NCBI GenBank assembly: GCA_002269645.1
Contig: NIVC01001329.1
Span: 1-64,000, forward strand
DNA from: Macrostomum lignano
Lineage: Eukaryota
Reading direction: 5' to 3'
DNA: 64,000 nt
Position 1 is the first letter of the stretch. The number at the start of each line of letters is the position of its first letter. The position numbers and the translations under genes were made by a program. Shown here one piece after another: positions 58,068 through 64,000 of the stretch. A model generated the notes under the pieces. That model did not search any database, was not told the origin of the DNA, and saw only the letters and a list, made by a program, of their open reading frames with translations.

Positions 58068-58768
58068 GAGGGGTGTGAGGAGTGGGGAGGGACAGGGAGT
58101 GAGGGGTGGTGAGGGGCAGGGAGTAGGGGTGGGGTGGGGCAGGGAGTGGGGGTGGGGTGGGGCAGGGAGTGGGGGTGGGGTGGGGAAGGGCAGGGTGTGA
58201 GGAGTGGGGAGGGACAGTGAGCGAGGGGTGGTGAGGGGCAGGGAGTGGGGGTGGGGTGGGGAAGGGCAGGGAGTGAGGAGTGGGGAGGGACAGTGAGGGG
58301 TGGTGAGGGGCAGGGAGTGGGGGTGGGGAGGGGAGGGAGTGAGGGGTGGTGAAGGGCAGGGAGTGGGGTGGGGTGGGGAAGGGCAGGGAGTGAGGGGTGG
58401 GAAGGGACAGGGAGTGAGGGGTGGTGAAGGGCAGGGAGTGAGGGTGGTGAGGGGCAGGGAGTGAGGGGTGGGGTGGGGAGGGGCAAAGAGTGAGGGGTGG
58501 GGTGGGGAGGGGCAGAGAGTGAGGGGTGGGGTGGTGAGGGGCAGGGAGTGAGGGGTGGTGAGGGGTGGTGAGGGGCAGGGAGTGAGGGGTGGTGAGGGGC
58601 AGGGAGTGAGGGGTGGTGAGGGGCAGGGAGTGAGGGGTGGAGTCGGGCAGGCAGTGAGGGGTGGTGAGGGGCAGGGAGTGAGGGGTGGAGTCGGGCAGGC
58701 AGTGAGGGGTGGTGAGGGGCAGGGAGTGAGGGGTGGGGTCGGGCAGGCAGTGAGGGGTGGTGAGGGAC
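58068..58768. repeat. G-run-rich repeat (GGGGCAGGGAGTGAGGGGTGGTGA)
   Basis: Direct inspection. Confidence 0.93.
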
Positions 58769-60402
58769 ACGGTTTACTTCACCAGAAAAAGGCAGTCACG
58801 AGAATTGGCTCAATGCGTTAACCAATAGAAAAGTAAAAACACGTGCAATTGCGTGTAGAATTTTTTTGAGCTTTTAAATCGAGTTTCGCGACTTAAGCAC
58901 TAGCTAAGCTCATTCCCGGCTGTTTTATTATTAGATAAGGATTGTTCAACACCAATATTTAATATTTTGCAATCTAAATTGTGTAGCTACAGGGCAAACT
59001 GTCTAATAAAGTTTTTCATAAAGAATTTCGGTGCGGGGTGGGCATGCGGACTTGTAGAAATAACAAAGCAATTGAAAAGAAAACACTTTGAGCGCAAACA
59101 TTTTACGGGCTAAAAAACAACAAAAATTACGATTTAAACGTAACAAACGACAAACAAATAATGAAACATTAAAGAGCGGGTGGCAAAAGCACACACGTTA
59201 CGGGAATATAAAGTGTTGATTTCGAAAGAAATTTAGTTTAAAGAAGATTGTTTTCAAAAATGTGCTCAAAAAGCTGTTTATCTTGGGTGTAACAAACAAA
59301 GAAACAAACAAAGGGGGGCTAACAATAAGATAAATGTTGTCAGCTGCAGAGTCAGACAGCCAGGCAACACAAATACAGCTTATCATAGCAATAACAATAA
59401 TACTTAACTTTTTTAAAGCCGGAAATATTTCAACAAAAAAACTTACATATAGCGCAGTCATATTCATTAGCGCAGTGCACAAGACAGAAGCCCTGTTAAA
59501 TTAAACTCCAATTTCTGCTGATACGTTTATTCAAGCATAATTTTTTTCTGCACTTTAATTTTCTCATCAATATGAAACACCCAAAAAATTTTCTAAGAAA
59601 CAATTAAAAATAATTTGTAAGAAACAGAAATAATTTCTAAGAAACACCCGAATATTATTTCTGAGAGATATCTTAAGCCAATTTCTAAGATAATTTCTGA
59701 AAAAGCACCAAAGATACCACAAGTTATTTTTACTGTATGATGCTGTTTAAAAATAATTTCAACCTTAAAAAATGTAAAAATTGGAGTTTAAAATGACGAC
59801 GAACTGAGTAAAAAAATAAGCTGTGACCCCTAACTGCAGCATCAATAAAATTGCACAGAACATTTATTTTAAACATTAAAAGTGAGTTTGCACAAAAAAT
59901 TGCATTTAAATATAGAACTTAAGCCCACAGATCACGAAATGTGTTGCATTGAACAGTAGAATTGTTAATTATTATTTACTACTGCTGATATTGACAATAG
60001 TAATATTAATAGCCGAATAACGCTAAACAGAAAGACACCCGAATATGAATGAGTTCTTACAGTAATCCGTATATACCTGTAAGAATTAAAAGTATCAATA
60101 TATGCTTATATGAGTTACAGAATTTTACTGAACAAATTGTGACAGGCATATTAAATTGAAATAAACAAAAATAACAAAAAGAAATAAATAATAATAAAGC
60201 TTAGAGATTCCAAGACATTTGCAGTGTTTTATTCAGAGATTCATCGATAGTTCTAATTAATTAATACACTGTATTAAATTATAATAATGATAATAGTATT
60301 ACTAATACACATCACCACCAGAGACCCAGTTGAACATGTTAATTAATTAGTTTTACACATGTCAAAACCCAATATAGATTGATGACGTCAGCGATGACTC
60401 AT

Positions 60403-62213
60403 CTAGACTTCGTCAAGCAGCTCCTTGGCTGGCGGTGACGCGTCACCAACGAAGATCACCGCCGCCGGCGACCGCTGCCTGCGGCGGAGGGACGGGCCTG
60501 GGGATGGATCGGGCGCGTGCGGTAATATTCAGTTCGTGCATCAGTTGGGTTATAAGTTCGCCATGATCCCCATCAGTCTGCCATGATCCCCATCAGTCTG
60601 CCATGATCCCCATCAGTCTGCCATGATCTCCATCATTTTTTCGTGATCCCCATCAGTCTGCCATGATCCCCATCAGTTCGCCATGATCCCCATCAGTCCG
60701 CCATGATCCCCATCAATCTGCCATGATCCCCATCAATCTGTCATGATCCCCATCAATCTGAAATGATCCCAATCAATCTGCCATGATCCCTATCAGTCCG
60801 CCATGATCCCCATCAGTCCGCCATGATCCCCATCAATCTGCCATGATCCCAATCAGTCTGCCATGATCCCCATCAGTCTGCCATGATCCCCATCAGTCTG
60901 CCATGATCCCCATCAGTCTGCCATGATCCCCATCAGTCTGCCATGATCCCCATCAGTCTGCCATGATCCCCATCAGTCTGCCATGATCTCCATCATTTTG
61001 TCGTGATCCCCATCAGTCCGCCATGATCCCCATCAGTCCGCCATGATCCCTATCAGTCCGCCATGATCTCCATCATTTTGTCGTGATCCCCATCAGTCCG
61101 CCATGATCTCCATCAATCTGCCATGATCCCCATCAGTCTGCCATGATCCCCATCAATCTGTCATGATCCCCATCAATCTGAAATGATCCCAATCAATCTG
61201 CCATGATCCCCATCAGTCCGCCATGATCCCCATCAGTCCGCCATGATCCCCATCAGTCCGCTATGATCCCCATCAGTCCGCCATGATCCCCATCAGTCTG
61301 CCATGATCTTCATCATTTTGTCGTGATCCCCATCAGTCTGCCATGATCCCCATCATTTTGTTGTGATCCCCATCAGTCCGCCATGATCTCCATCAGTCCG
61401 CCATGATCCCTATCAGTCTGCTATGATCCCCATCAGTTTGCTATGATCCCTATCAGTCTGCCATGATCCCCATCAGTCCGCCATGATCCCCATCAATCTG
61501 CCATGATCCATATCAATCTACAATGATTCCAAAAGAATGATTTCAAGAGCAATTAGTTAATTCTATACATAATATCATTAGCTGTAGCCCATGAATATAT
61601 GTTTACTATTGAAATAATAAGCCATTAAAGGACAGCAAGCCATGAAAGGGGCAGAGCGGAGAGTTGCTATGGAGTGATAGTAAAACTTACTGATATCAAA
61701 TCCCACACAGCACACGCTTCCCTTGCCGCTAGCACAGCAATGCAATTCTCTTCCTTCTTCCAGAATTCCCAATATTAGCGGATTTGGGGATTCCATGGGA
61801 AAGAAATTCAATTGGTTTACCCAGCCCGAGGCAGTTTATAAAAAAATCCCATCGCCTGCAACAGGCAGAGCGGAGCGGCGGACAGCAACTGGGCCGGCAG
61901 GGCTGGCACTGCGCACTTTAGTGAAATGGATTGGCTTGGAGATTGAAGCCTGACCGATTGTGTCCTCTGGGAGCTGCTTTGCGTAGCTGCAACTTGTGTG
62001 TCTGTGTGTGTCTTAGTTTCTGTCGATGTGTCTGTCTATCTGTTTGTCTGTAAGCCTGTGTCTGTCTGTCTGTCTGTCTGCCTGCCTGCCTGTCTGTCTG
62101 TCTGTCTGTCTGTGTCTGCCTGTCGTCTGTCTGTCTGCCTGTCGTCTGTCTGTCTGCCTGTCGTCTGTCTGCCTGCCTGTCTGTCTGTCTGTCTGTCTGT
62201 CTGTCTGCCTGTC

Positions 62214-62273
<60 letters not shown>

Positions 62274-62320
62274 GCCTGCCTGTCTGTCTGTCTGCCTGTC
62301 TGTCTGTCTGTCTGCCTGTC

Positions 62321-62352
<32 letters not shown>

Positions 62353-62375
62353 GCCTGCCTGTCTGTCTGTCTGCC

Positions 62376-62423
<48 letters not shown>

Positions 62424-62450
62424 GGTCGTCTGTCTGCCTACCTGCCTGCC

Positions 62451-62494
<44 letters not shown>

Positions 62495-64000
62495 GTCTGT
62501 CTGTCTGCCTGTCTGTCTGTCCGCACTCACCAACATAGCTGAGCAGCACAGGCAGGAACACGAGGCCGTGCAGCGCTCCGAACAGCACAATGCCCAGGTA
62601 CATGCGGAAGTAGAAGATGCGGAACAGCTGGGACTTGGCGAAGCCCAGCACCACAATGCCGCCCAGCTTGGTGAGGGTGATGCCGGAGAACACGGAGCTG
62701 CCCATGTGGATGAAGCACTCGCGAGCGCGCAGCAGCCTGGTTGGCTCCTCGGACACGGTGAAAGCGCGAACCATGTGGGAGCAGAACTCCACTGAGATGC
62801 CCAGCGCCTGCGGATCGAGTGGCAATTCGGAATCCTTTACAGGCTTGCCATTTAATTGATAATCTCACTCATCTCATTGATAATCCCACCATTTCATTGA
62901 TAATGCCACCTTTCGCTCTCCTAATCTCACCTTTCGCTCTCCTAATCTCACCTCTCTCTCTCTGAGAATCTCACCTGTCTCTCTGAGAATCTCACCTGTC
63001 TCTCTGCTAATCTCACCTGTCTTTCTGGGAATCTCACCTGTCTCTCTCCTAATCTCACTTGTCTTTCTTCTAATCTCACCTGTCTCTCTGCTAATCTCAC
63101 CTCTCTCCGAGAATTTCACCTGTCTCTCTGGGAATCTCATCTGTCTCTCTAAAAATCTCACCTGTCTCTCTGGTAATCTCACCTCTCTCCGAAATTCTCA
63201 CCTGTCTCTCTGAGAATGTCACCTATCTCTCTGAGAATGTCACCTGTCTCTGTGAGAATGTCACCTGTCCCTCTGAGAATCTCACCTGTCTCTCTGCGAA
63301 TGTTACCTGTCCCTCTGAGAATCTTACCTGTCTCTCTGAGAATCTCACTGGTCTCTACGCTAATCGCACCTGTCTCTCTGCTAATCTCACCTGTCTCATA
63401 TTACTCCTGGGTCACTCTCATCCTTATCCATAGCTAAAAGCAACACAAACAAAACTCACCATGACAAGATTAACCAAAGACACGGCATTCAAGGTGATAT
63501 CCCAGAAGTACATCAGGCCTAGCATAGAGTTGAGTATGAGGCCAATAGTGAGCATAATAATGACGGTAGCGTACAGATCCAGTCCTAGCAGGACAAAAGT
63601 CACAACGGCAATGGCAGCTGCGCAGATGCTCAAGTTAGTAAACGTATCCTTGGCAATAGTCAGGTACTGCTCGTAGAACACGTAGAACACGCTATAGGGG
63701 AACACCTTGAACTCGGGCTCGCGACCCAGCTGGCGTTTGAAATTAGCATTGATGCCATCGGATATGGCGACAGCCGATCGGTAAGCGTTGGTGAAGTCGG
63801 AGTCAGTTCTCAGCACAGAATGGTAGGCCATGAAATGAGAGGCTGACACTGCGGACACTTTGCTGCTGCCAGGCTGTGACGATTGCCGCTCCAGGGACAC
63901 CGCGTTGGCGTAGGCGGCGTGGCCTCCCTTGGCGCAGGCAACTCCGGGATTGTCGCGAAGGAAAAAGTCCAGGTAGCCATAGAAACTGCTGGCATCCGGC
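60403..64000 (-). CDS. NPC1: NPC1 (Niemann-Pick C1) cholesterol transporter, 3' part. Exons 63460->64000, 62531-62807, 60403-60497.
   Basis: [49 protein letters not shown]|[44 protein letters not shown]|PS; C-terminal ELL dileucine-like tail. GT-AG junctions in phases 0 and 1. Confidence 0.96.
60560..61508. repeat. 20-nt minisatellite (CCATGATCCCCATCAGTCTG) in the last NPC1 intron
   Basis: Direct inspection. Confidence 0.97.
62040..62520. repeat. (GTCT)n microsatellite in the last NPC1 intron
   Basis: Direct inspection. Confidence 0.97.
62920..63400. repeat. 21-nt minisatellite (GAGAATCTCACCTGTCTCTCT) in the penultimate NPC1 intron
   Basis: Direct inspection. Confidence 0.93.

Overview
Eukaryotic (animal) genomic DNA with GC-rich exons, GT-AG introns and roughly 40% tandem repeat (hand estimate about 26 kb). 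The style and (TTAGGG)n tract suggest an invertebrate such as the flatworm Macrostomum; this is an inference, not an identification. Manual splicing gives seven genes, all on the minus strand: mitochondrial methylmalonyl-CoA mutase (3' end outside the window, one apparent 1-nt frameshift), a divergent ETS factor, a FAM216-like protein, a C14orf93-like protein, a stand-alone FHA-like protein, a GRD/CG8916-like Cys-loop GABA receptor subunit, and the 3' end of NPC1. Every intron longer than about 330 nt holds a tandem array, nearly always with its own unit. DNA transposon relics sit in AT-rich intergenic islands: a P/hAT-like long-TIR MITE, two copies of a 4-bp-TSD MITE, a Merlin deletion derivative, and possible Crypton and Helitron remnants, plus a tRNA-derived SINE. 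Most long ORFs in the supplied track are repeat artefacts. No CRISPR, rRNA or tRNA gene was found.
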